From NCBI GenBank assembly GCA_965242865.1, contig CBDETK010000013.1, positions 4,160,001 to 4,224,000 on the forward strand: a stretch of 64,000 nucleotides of DNA. Direction: 5' to 3'. The notes beneath the pieces are model-generated. The model had not been told where the DNA came from. It saw only the letters and a program-made list of their open reading frames with translations, and did not search any database. This document shows, piece after piece, positions 38,582 through 48,400 of the stretch; positions within the stretch are counted from its first letter, which is position 1, and each line of letters starts with the position of its first letter. The position numbers and the translations under genes were made by a program. This DNA is from Candidatus Latescibacterota bacterium (GTDB taxonomy: Bacteria; Latescibacterota; UBA2968; UBA8231).

Positions 38582-41038
38582 ATGGTTAAAAAAGACAAAC
38601 GCGCCAAGCCCCAAGCCCCGGCCAAGGCCGCCGGGTCGCCGCTGTGGAATCGCCGCCTGTTCCCCCCGGTCTTCTTCCTCGCCCTGAGCCTGCTGTACTT
38701 TCACGAGTTCCCCCTCTCAGACAAGATCGTCTATGGCTTGGACGTGGGCACCGATTACCACCGAGGCGCGGGTCTGAGCTTTTGGGACAAGGTGCAAACG
38801 GTGGCGCAGCCCCTGTGGGACCCCAAGATGGGCGGCTTTCCCCAGTCCGAGGGCATTCGCCCCCAGTACTTCCCGACTTACGTCCTGTATTTTTTCACCA
38901 CCTTTCAGCGCTACATCGGCTGGCGCTACATCCTGACGATGTTCGTCGCCGGCTTGGGCATGTACGCGTACTTGCGCCAAATCCACGTGGGCGGTCGCGC
39001 CGCGCTGTGGGGCGGGCTGGCCTTCATGTCCGCGCCGACCTTCTTGGCGTTTCCCTTGGCCGGCCACTATGCCAAGATGGGCGTTATCGCCCTTTTTCCG
39101 TGGATCCTCTGGGCGTTGGAACGAGCCTGGGCGCAGGGTCGGCTGCTCTATTGGGCGGTGCTCGGTGCGCTGATTGGGACGTGTATTTACTCCCATCCGC
39201 CGATGACGTACTTCGCGCTGTTGGGCCTCGGCGTCTATTTCCTGTTTAAGCTGTACCAGACGCGCCGCGACCGGGCTTTGGTGCGGCGCGTGGTGCATTT
39301 TGCCGGCGCGGTCGGGCTGGGCTTGGCCTTGGGGGCCGAAGGGGCGTTTCCGGTGATGCTCTACACCCGCTCCGAGTCCAAGCGGGCCACGGGCGACGAG
39401 GTGGGAGGCAAGACCGCAGCCGAGCAACTCGCGTATGCGCGGAGCTGGTCGCTGCACCCCGAGGAAGTGGCTTCGCTGGTCGTCCCGGAGTTCGGCGGGT
39501 ACGACGACCTGCTCGTAGAGGGAGGCTCCCGCTATTGGGGCCGCAACGCGTTTAAGATCAACTCCGAGTACTTTGGCGCGTTGGCCGTGCTCTTGGCTTT
39601 GTTGATGATGCCGGAATGGCGTCGTCGCCCCCAAGTGGCGCTGTTGGCTGGAGTGTTTGTGCTGGCGTTGGCTTACGTCTTGGGCGAGCACACGCCCGTC
39701 CACTGGCTGGCGTTTCACCTGCTGCCCGGGGCGGATGTGCAGCGCGCCATTGGCATGGGGTCGTTTGTATTCGCGTTTGCCGGGTGTGCGCTGGCCGGGT
39801 TGGGCTTGCAGCGGGTATTAGACGCCGGCGCGGACGAGCGGGCCTTGCTGCGGGGCCGCTTGGCTTATGTCGGCGGCATCCTCGCCGCGCTCGCCCTGCT
39901 GGTCGCGCTTTTTCCCCAGGGGGCGACCGATGCTTGGGTGCGCGTGTTTTACGAGGACATTGCGCCGCAAAAGCGGGCCGTGTTGGCCGCCAGCTACGAT
40001 TGGATCGCCCGCGGCGGCTGGTGCGTCGCGCTGGCAGTGGGCGCGGGCGCAGCCTTGCTCTATCTGCGGCTGGGGGGCCAGCTTTCGGCGACCGCGCTGG
40101 TGGCTGGCTTGTGCGCGGTGACCTTGTTCGACACGTGGCGCGTCGATCGGGTCTATTTGCACTATCGGGAGCCGGGCCGCTACCCGGACATTCGCCGGGA
40201 GAACGCACGCACCGTGCAGTTTTTGCAACGCGATGAGTCGCTCTTTCGCATTTTGCCCTTGCCTAGCTTCCGGGTGCTGGAGGAACCGGGCTATCACTTG
40301 CACGGCGTTTGGTCCATCACGGGCTTTCACGATTTAACGGTGGGCCGCTACGACCGGATGCTAAAGGAGTTTGAGCCGCTGGTGCAGCAGTTTTTGCACA
40401 CGGGCGTACCGTCTGCGGCGTTCCAGTCTTTGTTGAACTTGCTCAACGGCCAGTACTTGGCCGCGCCCAAGCCGTTCGCCTTGAATGGGGCGGCGTATCC
40501 GCTGCGCTTTGAGGGGGAGCGCTATCGTCTGTACGAAAATCCGCAGGCTTTGCCGTGGTTTTACCTAGCAGCCGAGGCCGAGGTTTTGGCCGATGGCGAG
40601 GCGGTTTTGACGCGGCTATTGAGCGGCCGGGCCGACCCTCAGCGCGTGGCTTTGCTGGAACGGGCGCCGGTGGTGCGGCTTGATGGCGCGGGTGACCGGG
40701 CCGACGACCGGGTTGAGCGGCTGGCTTATGACCCGGCGGGCGGGCTGATCCGCCTGCGGACGCACAGCGCGGGGCCGCGCTTGTTGGTGGTGTCGGAGAA
40801 CTACCAATCGAATTGGTCGGTGTGGGTGGATGGGCAGGAGGCTGAGATGCTGCGGGTACACTATATATGGAAGGGGGTGGCGTTGCCGCCCGGCGAACAC
40901 GAGGTGGAGTTTCGCTATTTTTCGCGGGTATTAGCGTGGTCGCGGGGGGCGGTTTTGGTGGGGTTGGTGGTGGTGATGGGCGTGGTTGTGGGGGCGTTGC
41001 GGCGGGGGCGGCGGGATGAAACGGATGGGGGGCGGTGA
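38582..41038 (+). CDS. YfhO-family (GT-C-like) polytopic membrane protein
   Basis: PLWDP...GGFP, many TM segments, LVVSENY..NW...VDG, LPPGEHEVEFRY. Confidence 0.8.
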   Translation: MVKKDKRAKPQAPAKAAGSPLWNRRLFPPVFFLALSLLYFHEFPLSDKIVYGLDVGTDYHRGAGLSFWDKVQTVAQPLWDPKMGGFPQSEGIRPQYFPTYVLYFFTTFQRYIGWRYILTMFVAGLGMYAYLRQIHVGGRAALWGGLAFMSAPTFLAFPLAGHYAKMGVIALFPWILWALERAWAQGRLLYWAVLGALIGTCIYSHPPMTYFALLGLGVYFLFKLYQTRRDRALVRRVVHFAGAVGLGLALGAEGAFPVMLYTRSESKRATGDEVGGKTAAEQLAYARSWSLHPEEVASLVVPEFGGYDDLLVEGGSRYWGRNAFKINSEYFGALAVLLALLMMPEWRRRPQVALLAGVFVLALAYVLGEHTPVHWLAFHLLPGADVQRAIGMGSFVFAFAGCALAGLGLQRVLDAGADERALLRGRLAYVGGILAALALLVALFPQGATDAWVRVFYEDIAPQKRAVLAASYDWIARGGWCVALAVGAGAALLYLRLGGQLSATALVAGLCAVTLFDTWRVDRVYLHYREPGRYPDIRRENARTVQFLQRDESLFRILPLPSFRVLEEPGYHLHGVWSITGFHDLTVGRYDRMLKEFEPLVQQFLHTGVPSAAFQSLLNLLNGQYLAAPKPFALNGAAYPLRFEGERYRLYENPQALPWFYLAAEAEVLADGEAVLTRLLSGRADPQRVALLERAPVVRLDGAGDRADDRVERLAYDPAGGLIRLRTHSAGPRLLVVSENYQSNWSVWVDGQEAEMLRVHYIWKGVALPPGEHEVEFRYFSRVLAWSRGAVLVGLVVVMGVVVGALRRGRRDETDGGR

Positions 41039-41074
41039 TATTTGCCCAAATCAGCTTAGGAGGAGGCGTTTTCT

Positions 41075-41253
41075 ATGGACAGTAGCATGACCGATCTCGT
41101 CGAGCATAGATTGAATGTAAGGACGCTCTTGCCAGAGTAGAGGAAAACATGAAGCATACAGCGACTAAAGCATGGGTCCTTGGCGGGGTTCTCGGGGGGA
41201 TGGCTATTGCCGCGACAATAGCTGGAACCATTTTGAGATATTGGCCGGGTTGA
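41075..41253 (+). pseudogene. Frameshifted remnant of a small coiled-coil/TM protein (or a 34-aa ORF at 41149-41253)
   Basis: MDSSMTDLVEHRL stops early; another frame reads KDALARVEENMKHTATKAWVLGGVLGGMAIAATIAGTILRYWPG*. Confidence 0.5.
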
Positions 41254-41365
41254 CCCTTCCTAAGAGCAGGTGCAGGAATTTCACGAGGAGGAGACGAAAT
41301 GACCGAACCTGTAACGCAAATACAGGAGTACGGGGCGCGTCCGTTAGACTTGCGCCCATTTTAGG

Positions 41366-43504
41366 ATGCCGATGCCTGAGTTGATGCGCCCCGCCATTGA
41401 GCGGATCGCCCGGTTGGGGCGCGACCCCTTCGCGCTGCTCATCGTCGTCCTCGCCGGGCTGGGCACCGCGCACATTCTCGTCCGCACCGCCACCTACGGC
41501 GCCGCGGTTACTTCGGATTCCACACTTCATCTGTCCACAGCCATGAACTTCCTCGCGGGCGAAGGCTGGCGGGAGTTCACGGGTTTGGTGGTGGTGGGGT
41601 GGCCGCCCTTGTTCCCTTTGGTGCTGGCGGCTGGCGGTTGGGTCGGCATCGATCCGCTGGAGGTGGGTCGGCTGGTCAATGCGGTCGCCTTTGGGTTGAC
41701 CATCTTGGCGGTCGGCCTCTATCTGCGCTCTAATCTTCGGTCGCGGGGGCTGGCACTGGCCGCCAGCGTGGCCACCCTAGTCTCCCTGCCCTTGAGCGAT
41801 CTCGCGTCGCGCTTCTTGACCGAGCCGCTCTTCGTCCTGTTCGCGATCCTCGCCTTGATGCAGTTGGCGACCTTCCTCAACCAAAAGACAGCTTGGCCAT
41901 CCTTGGGGTGGGCGGCGGTTTTTACCGCGCTGGCCACGCTGACCCGCTATCCGGGCGTGGTGCTGATCGGCACCGGAGTCCTCATGTTGGTCCTCGCCGC
42001 CCGGCTCAAGCAGGCCCTCGTCTTTGGCGCGATCTCGTCCGTGCCCTTGCTGGCGGTATTGGCGCACAATTGGACGAGCTATAGGTCAGGCGGTAACTAC
42101 GACCCATTTTTGGAAAATGACTTGGTCGCCGAAATCTTGACGGAGGGCGGAGAACGGAGGGGGACGGGGCAGTCCCTATCCGATGGGTTGAGCCAGACCG
42201 TTGAGGTGTTCGGCGAGTGGGTCGTCCCCTCGAACGCGCCGGATGGGTTGGTGTATTTGCTGTGGCTGGCGGTCGGGTTAGTCGGGCTGGCCGGTACCGC
42301 GGTCGTCCTGTGCGCCGCCCGAATGCGAAGCGATAGCCACAGGAATGGCCCCGAGGCCGCGCCGCCAGCCTTCGGATTGGGGCCGGTGCTCCCTTTCGGG
42401 GTGTTCGCCTTGATGTACCTCGTCTTTATGATCGCCGTCGTGCCCTTCGTGGTGGGTTATGGCATTGACAGCCGCTATCTGCTGCCGGTGCATGTGCCGC
42501 TGATGGTGGCCGCGGGGTTGCTGCTGGATCGGTTCCTGTTTATAGATCGAGCCGAGGCGGCGGGATGGGGTCGTGCGGCGGGATGGGGCCGCACGGCGGG
42601 ACGGGGCCGCGCCGTCTACGGGCTGGTGGGTCTCGTCTCGCTGGGCTTTCTCGTCCATGTTGGCTACTCGGCGGATAGGAACCTGACTATTACGGACAAA
42701 GCGCGAGTCGCCGGGTTTGAGGAATGGACGTACAACGGGTCCTACTGGGAAGATTCCGAGATCTTGAATTACCTTCGGGATACTCCCATTGATGGCAGGG
42801 TTTACAGCAACAACGCGTACCTTGCCTATTTTGCGGACCGGACCGCGGCCCCGGGAAAGTACCAGCATCTCCCGGACGAGATTCGCCTTTTGACGTCGGT
42901 CATACAGGGGACCGAGGACAGCGCATCTATATTATGGATCCGGCGTGAAGCGTCTTCTTACGACTTCGACGACTTCGACATCCGTTGCTTGCCCGGGGTG
43001 GAAACCGTGGCCGAACTGGCCGGCGGCGTGGTCTTTCGCGTGACAGCGGCCGAGCCGTTTGATGCGGCAAGGCAGCGCGCCTGCAAACAACGCTACGTGC
43101 AGCAACTCATCGAACAAGCTGGCGAGCGAGTGATCCGTGCGGACTCGACTTGGCCGATCAGCACTTGGGGCGTAGAAGGGGCTGACGAGCGAGTGGCCCG
43201 CGCTGGCTGGGACGTGTACCGCAATGGACGCAAGCTGACGTACCGCAAAAAGCCGTGTGCCCCCGACGATGTGCAGACGAATTTCGTCTTGCAGGTCAGG
43301 CCCGACGACCCGCTTGACTTGTCGGCTGACCGCAGGCCGTCCGGCTTTGATAATCTCGACTTTAATTTCCTCACTTACGGCGGCGTGCGGCTCGACGACC
43401 AGTGTGTGGTGACCGCCCAACTCCCCGATTACTCCATCGGCCACATCTATATTGGCCAGTGGATTTCCAGCGAGAGCCGTACGCTCTGGGAAATGAAGCC
43501 CTGA
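41366..43504 (+). CDS. ArnT/PMT-like (GT-C) membrane glycosyltransferase with C-terminal soluble domain
   Basis: SDS..H, WPPLFP, LTEPLF, LTRYPG, DSRYLLP; many TM segments. Confidence 0.72.
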   Translation: MPMPELMRPAIERIARLGRDPFALLIVVLAGLGTAHILVRTATYGAAVTSDSTLHLSTAMNFLAGEGWREFTGLVVVGWPPLFPLVLAAGGWVGIDPLEVGRLVNAVAFGLTILAVGLYLRSNLRSRGLALAASVATLVSLPLSDLASRFLTEPLFVLFAILALMQLATFLNQKTAWPSLGWAAVFTALATLTRYPGVVLIGTGVLMLVLAARLKQALVFGAISSVPLLAVLAHNWTSYRSGGNYDPFLENDLVAEILTEGGERRGTGQSLSDGLSQTVEVFGEWVVPSNAPDGLVYLLWLAVGLVGLAGTAVVLCAARMRSDSHRNGPEAAPPAFGLGPVLPFGVFALMYLVFMIAVVPFVVGYGIDSRYLLPVHVPLMVAAGLLLDRFLFIDRAEAAGWGRAAGWGRTAGRGRAVYGLVGLVSLGFLVHVGYSADRNLTITDKARVAGFEEWTYNGSYWEDSEILNYLRDTPIDGRVYSNNAYLAYFADRTAAPGKYQHLPDEIRLLTSVIQGTEDSASILWIRREASSYDFDDFDIRCLPGVETVAELAGGVVFRVTAAEPFDAARQRACKQRYVQQLIEQAGERVIRADSTWPISTWGVEGADERVARAGWDVYRNGRKLTYRKKPCAPDDVQTNFVLQVRPDDPLDLSADRRPSGFDNLDFNFLTYGGVRLDDQCVVTAQLPDYSIGHIYIGQWISSESRTLWEMKP

Positions 43505-43527
43505 GTATGTAGCAATCCTACATCATT

Positions 43528-43690
43528 CCGGCGAACACGAGGTGGAGTTTCGCTATTTTTCGCGGGTATTAGCGTTGCGGTGGGGGCGTTGCGGTGGGGG
43601 CGGCGGGATGTTTGACAAATGGATGGGGGTCGGTGATATTTGCCCCAAAGTAGCTTTAGGAGGAGGCGTTTTCTATGGACAGTAGCATGA
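43528..43690 (+). repeat. Duplicate of the YfhO 3' end and downstream leader (homologous to 40890-41090)
   Basis: 43528-43575 identical to 40890-40937 (48 bp); TTAGGAGGAGGCGTTTTCTATGGACAGTAGCATGA shared. Confidence 0.88.
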
Positions 43691-44490
43691 TGAACTGGCT
43701 TCCGGTCGTCGGCGTTTTCATTGCATTTGCGGGCCTTACGCTGGCCATGAGGAGGAGCAGCCGCGCCGATTGGGATCGGCTGGACAAGAAGTTGGAGGCG
43801 CATGCAGCCCAGTCGGCGCAGCAGTTGGACGCGAAGTTGGATGCGTTCCGCTCCGAGATGAAGAGCGAGGTAGCTTTGCAGTCGGCTCAGTTAGAGCAGC
43901 GGTTGAACGAGAAGTTGGAGGCGCATGCAGCCCAGTCGGCGCAGCAGTTGGACGCGAAGTTAGATGCGTTCCGCTCCGAGATGAAGAGCGAGATGGCTTC
44001 GCAGTCGGCTCAGTTAGAGCAGCGGTTGAACGAGAAGTTGGAGGCGCATGCGGCTGAGTTGCGTCAGCAGTTGCATGAGGGTCTGGCGCGTCAGGATGCG
44101 AAGATGGATGGGCTTTCGGCCCAGTTTAATCAGCGTCTGGATGAGGGATTGGCGCGTCAGGATGTGAAGATGGATGGGCTTTCGGCCCGTCAGGACGCGC
44201 ATGCGGCTTCGCTTTCGGCTCGGATGGATAAGTTGGTGGAGCGTCAGGACGCGCTTTCGGAGCGGGTGGGGAGTCTGGAACAGGCGCAGGCGCATACGGC
44301 TGGGATGCTTGAGACGCTTCCGGCGCGGCTGGGGGGGCTGGAGCAGGAGCAGGCTCGGATGAATGGGGTGCTTGAGACGCTGAGGGATGGATTTTCCTAC
44401 CGCATGGAGCGCATTGACCCGAAAGACCGGTCGGCTGAGCCGGCTGAATCGTATGCGCCGCAGGAATTTCACGAGGGGGAGACGAAATGA
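43675..44490 (+). CDS. Membrane-anchored coiled-coil protein with internal repeats
   Basis: N-terminal TM; duplicated KLEAHAAQSAQQLDAKLDAFRSEMKSE (120-bp period) and EGLARQD units. Confidence 0.75.
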   Translation: MDSSMMNWLPVVGVFIAFAGLTLAMRRSSRADWDRLDKKLEAHAAQSAQQLDAKLDAFRSEMKSEVALQSAQLEQRLNEKLEAHAAQSAQQLDAKLDAFRSEMKSEMASQSAQLEQRLNEKLEAHAAELRQQLHEGLARQDAKMDGLSAQFNQRLDEGLARQDVKMDGLSARQDAHAASLSARMDKLVERQDALSERVGSLEQAQAHTAGMLETLPARLGGLEQEQARMNGVLETLRDGFSYRMERIDPKDRSAEPAESYAPQEFHEGETK

Positions 44491-44774
44491 CCGAACCTGT
44501 AACGCAAGTACAGGACCACGAGCGGCGGATTGGCCGCTTGGAGGGCATTGCCGAGCAGTTGACCGATCAAGGTCGCCAGTTCAACGCAACTATTGCCGTG
44601 CTTCGGCGGGAGACCAACGCTCGCTTTGAAAGTATGGAGCGCGCTATTGCCGTGCTTCGGCGGGAGACCAATGCTCGCTTTGACTCGCTGACCCGTTGGT
44701 TGGTTGGGATGCAGGTGGCGAGCCTGTTGGCTGTGGGCGGCCTGTTGGTGTCCATTCTGTTGAAGCTGAACTAA
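44487..44774 (+). CDS. Small coiled-coil protein with C-terminal TM, paralog 1
   Basis: GGAG RBS; RIGRLEG, RETNARF repeats, RWLVGMQ plus TM. Confidence 0.75.
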   Translation: MTEPVTQVQDHERRIGRLEGIAEQLTDQGRQFNATIAVLRRETNARFESMERAIAVLRRETNARFDSLTRWLVGMQVASLLAVGGLLVSILLKLN

Positions 44775-44919
44775 TCGCCCAGCCTTTGCCCGCTCTGCTT
44801 TGGCTAGGGCGTTTAAGGTGTGTTGCCAAAGAGGAATTTATGCTTGACACTTCAAAAGACCGGTCGGCGGAGCCGGCTGAGTCGTATAATCCGCAGGAAT
44901 TTCACAAGGGGGAGACGAA

Positions 44920-45216
44920 ATGACCGAACCTGTAACGCAAGTACAGGACCACGAGCGGCGGATTGGCCGCTTGGAAGGCATTGCCGAGCTGTTGACCGAG
45001 CAAGGCCGCCAGTTCAACGCTCGCTTTGAGAGTATGGAGCGCGCTATTGCCGAGCTTCGGCGGGAGACCAATGCTCGCTTTGAGAGTATGGAGCGCGCTA
45101 TTCGGGAGACCAACGCCCGCATTGACTCGCTGACCCGTTGGTTGGTTGGGATGCAGGTGGCGAGCCTGTTGGCTGTGGGCGGCCTGTTGGTGTCCATTCT
45201 GTTGAAGTTGAACTGA
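44920..45216 (+). CDS. Small coiled-coil protein with C-terminal TM, paralog 2
   Basis: Near-identical ends to 44487-44774 with a different internal module order. Confidence 0.75.
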   Translation: MTEPVTQVQDHERRIGRLEGIAELLTEQGRQFNARFESMERAIAELRRETNARFESMERAIRETNARIDSLTRWLVGMQVASLLAVGGLLVSILLKLN

Positions 45217-45289
45217 TCGCTCAGCCAGCCTTTGCCCGCTCTGCTTTGGCTAGGGCGTTTAGGGTATGTTGTCAAAGAGGAATTTATGC

Positions 45290-45318
45290 TTGACACTTCT
45301 TTTTATAGTAGGTATAAT
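45290..45318 (+). promoter_or_regulatory. Perfect sigma70 consensus promoter
   Basis: TTGACA 45290-45295, 17-bp spacer, TATAAT 45313-45318. Confidence 0.85.
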
Positions 45319-45483
45319 TAACTCTATTGTATAGGAATAATGCTTTATGCGTTATGCACGAACAAGCCGCGAAAGGGGGCGTATGAAAAACGCAAAAACG
45401 CGAAATCTGAATGGGTTTAAGGCAAATCCATCTTTTAATTTTTCTTTCACAATCAGGGATGCTTTCCCTGGGGAGGTTGAGTA

Positions 45484-48400
45484 ATGATACACATGAAGTC
45501 GTTAATCCGGCGTTTGGCTGGCGGCTCTTGGCTACTGGCGGCTGGTTTGGTGCTGGGATGGGAAGGGGCCGCGTCCGCGGTGGAAATCACCCTGTCGTTG
45601 GACAAGACCAAGGTGCGCGAGGATGCTGGTAAAACCATGATCACGGCGAAAGCCAAAGTGGCGGCTGATGCCGCGGCGGATATTGCTGTGGTCTTGAGTT
45701 TAGATGACGCGACTAATGCGCAAAACGATCGCTACCGCATCTCGAAACTGCCTACGATCATAATTCCTAAGGGAAAGAAAGAGGCGACCGGGGAAATCAC
45801 CTTCACCCCTATCAATGATAAGTTGCGCGGTACTAACTATCAGAACAACGGTGCCGACGACGATCTTGATATCGATATTGAAGGTGATGCCGGTTCTTCT
45901 CACACGGTCGTTCCGTCTGGTGGGGTGACGCTTACCTTGGTTGACGACGACAAGATAAGCGATTCGTTCGATCTTTCGTTTGATCCGGGCGACCTGAGCA
46001 ATGAGGCGAGTTCGACTAGTGTTACTGTGACTGGTGCCTTGAATGGAAGTCTTTCAGGGGTGAACGCTACATACACCTTGGCGTTTAGGAACGCCGTTAG
46101 CATTGACGTTACAGACTTCCCTCATGCTACCGATGACGCAGGTAGGGACACTCTTATCCTGACGCGCGATTCGGATTACGCGGCGACCGCGGCCTCTCTA
46201 ACCCTGCGCAAGAAAAGGGTGTCGGGGAGAGCGACTATTTCCATCGATCCCAAAGAGAGCAAAAAGTATGATGCCTATATCGCGCTGGAGGCTGTGGGGT
46301 CGGATACCCTCAAGGGCATTGACCTAAACCTCGATGGGGATACGGGCGACTCCTATTCGCTTACTGCTCAAGCTTGGGATCATGACAGCGATGGCGGCAC
46401 TACGCCTGAGATAAATCGCTATATCTTGCTGGAAACAACCCTAGCGGGCGGCACTGGAGCCGGCCTCATTGACTACGGTGATCTAGGCGTTGACGAAGTA
46501 GGTACGGATGGCCCTGAAGGGGGCAATGATAATGTTTGGGAAAGCCAAGTGGGCATTGACCTAAACCTCGATGGGGATTTAACCGGTGATCAGGACTTTC
46601 GCTTACTTGCCTCTGGCAATTGCCCTACGGACACGGACGAGGACGGTACTGGTTGTGTCCTGAGGGAAGCAGACCTGAAGTTTGTGGTTAATCGGCCCCC
46701 GGCTTTCTTCAAGATAAAGGACGCCGCCATTGCTGATGTAAAAAGCGACGGGCTGGCCGCGACTCCTGCGATGGTACGCGAGAACGCGGGGCGGACGGAA
46801 ATTGAGCTGAAAGTCACCTTGAAGGCGGCCGTATCGAATGACCAATCTGTCCGGTTCACTATTAACACCGGGGCCGATTGTGTCGGTGATTTCGATTGTG
46901 CCGGGAGCCGCGACATACATTACACTGTGGATGTCGATGATCTCACCATTACGGCCGGCGAGACCTCGGCGACCACGACGCTCGTTCTGACCCCCGTGGA
47001 CAACACCGGTGTGACTGGTTCGAGAGGTTTCCAAGTGGAAGCCAAGGTCGGAGCGGGTGACACGGCGGGGCGTGCAAATATCACCATCGTTGACGACGAG
47101 ACGCTTACCGATACAATCACGTTGTCGGCGACGCCCAATGAGTTGAAGGCCGAAACGGGCGCTCAGGATGTTACGGTGACCGGCACCTTAAACGGCAAGG
47201 TCTTTGACGACGACGTTACGGTGACCTTGATCATTAGCCGGGATGGCCCGGATGAAGGGACCGCTACGGATGATAATGCGGCGCAGCGCGACACCGACTA
47301 CACGGCTTCCCTCCGTTCGCTGACGATTCCGGCGGGCGAAGTCAGTGGCACGTCGACGGTGTCCATCACCCCGCTCGCTGGCGGGGACAAGAAAATCTTC
47401 TTGACGCAGTTGAAAAGTCCGGTCAAGAACGATGATGACGAAGACGTCAATACCACCATCGCGACGATAACGCTGAAAGACGCGGACGCGGCGGCGACGC
47501 CGACGGACCCGGATGCCCTTAGTTTCGGTTCTATTGACTTGGGGTCCACAGTCTTTGAGTACACGGTGGGCATGGAGATTGAGCCGGAAGTACTGCCGGC
47601 AGCCGAAGGCGGCACTGGCGACAAGAGGTACAGCGTGTCGGCCACTCTGCCGGCGGGCCTGACGTTTGACCCGGCCACCCGGACGATTTCGGGGACGCCG
47701 ATGGCGAAAGGTGAAGCCCCCGTCATTTACACGGTACTCGACGACGACGACAGCGCGGCAATGTCCTTCAAAATTGAGGTCAGTGAAGCGCCGCCAGTTA
47801 CGACTTCGGTCGCCAGCGTGACCGCAAGCCATTCGTCGGTGCGCGAGAACGGGGCGATGACGGAGATCGGCATAACGGCGACGTTGTCTGCGGCCTCGGA
47901 GAACGCCGAGACGGTCCGCTTCACGATTGGTGCCCCCAGCGAGGGTGCGCTGGCCGTGCGCGATGTCGATTTCACCGCGTCGATTAGCGGCTCGGTCGTC
48001 ATTGCGGCTGGCGAGACCCAGGGGCGGACGATGCTTTCCCTCACGCCCATCGACAACGATGCGGTAGATGGCAATAAGTACTTTGGGGTGGAAGCCTCGG
48101 CCTCGGGTGGCTCGGCGAAGACGGACATCAAGATCGCCGACGACGAAACCGCGAGTACGTCCATCTCGCTGTCGGCCGTGCCGCACACGCTCAGCGAGGA
48201 CGACGGGGTGACCGCGATTGCGGTCACGGCGACCTTGGACGGCAAGGTGCTGGAAGGCGACATCACCGTAACCCTCTCGGTGGATCCGGCTTCGGCGGCC
48301 ACACGCGATGTCGATTATTCGGCCCTGTTCAACCCGCTGCTGGTCATTCCGGCCGGCTCGATCTCCAATTCAGTCAACTTGCTGATCGATCCGACCGCCG

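Larger units (their letters stand above)
44422..45298 (+). repeat. Tandem duplication of about 430-445 bp (roughly 44422-44853 and 44855-45298)
   Basis: Both units run from AAAGACCGGTCGGC to GAATTTATGCTTGACACTTC. Confidence 0.92.

Noticed and set aside
40890-45298. Integron cassette array or diversity-generating retroelement
   Set aside because: No integron integrase, attC-type sites or reverse transcriptase are present, and differences between copies are not adenine-specific.
45340-45440. Cyclic-di-GMP-I riboswitch in the giant gene leader
   Set aside because: GCGAAAG, ACGCAAA and GGCAAA words occur, but not in the order or pairing of the GEMM motif; not supportable without Infernal.
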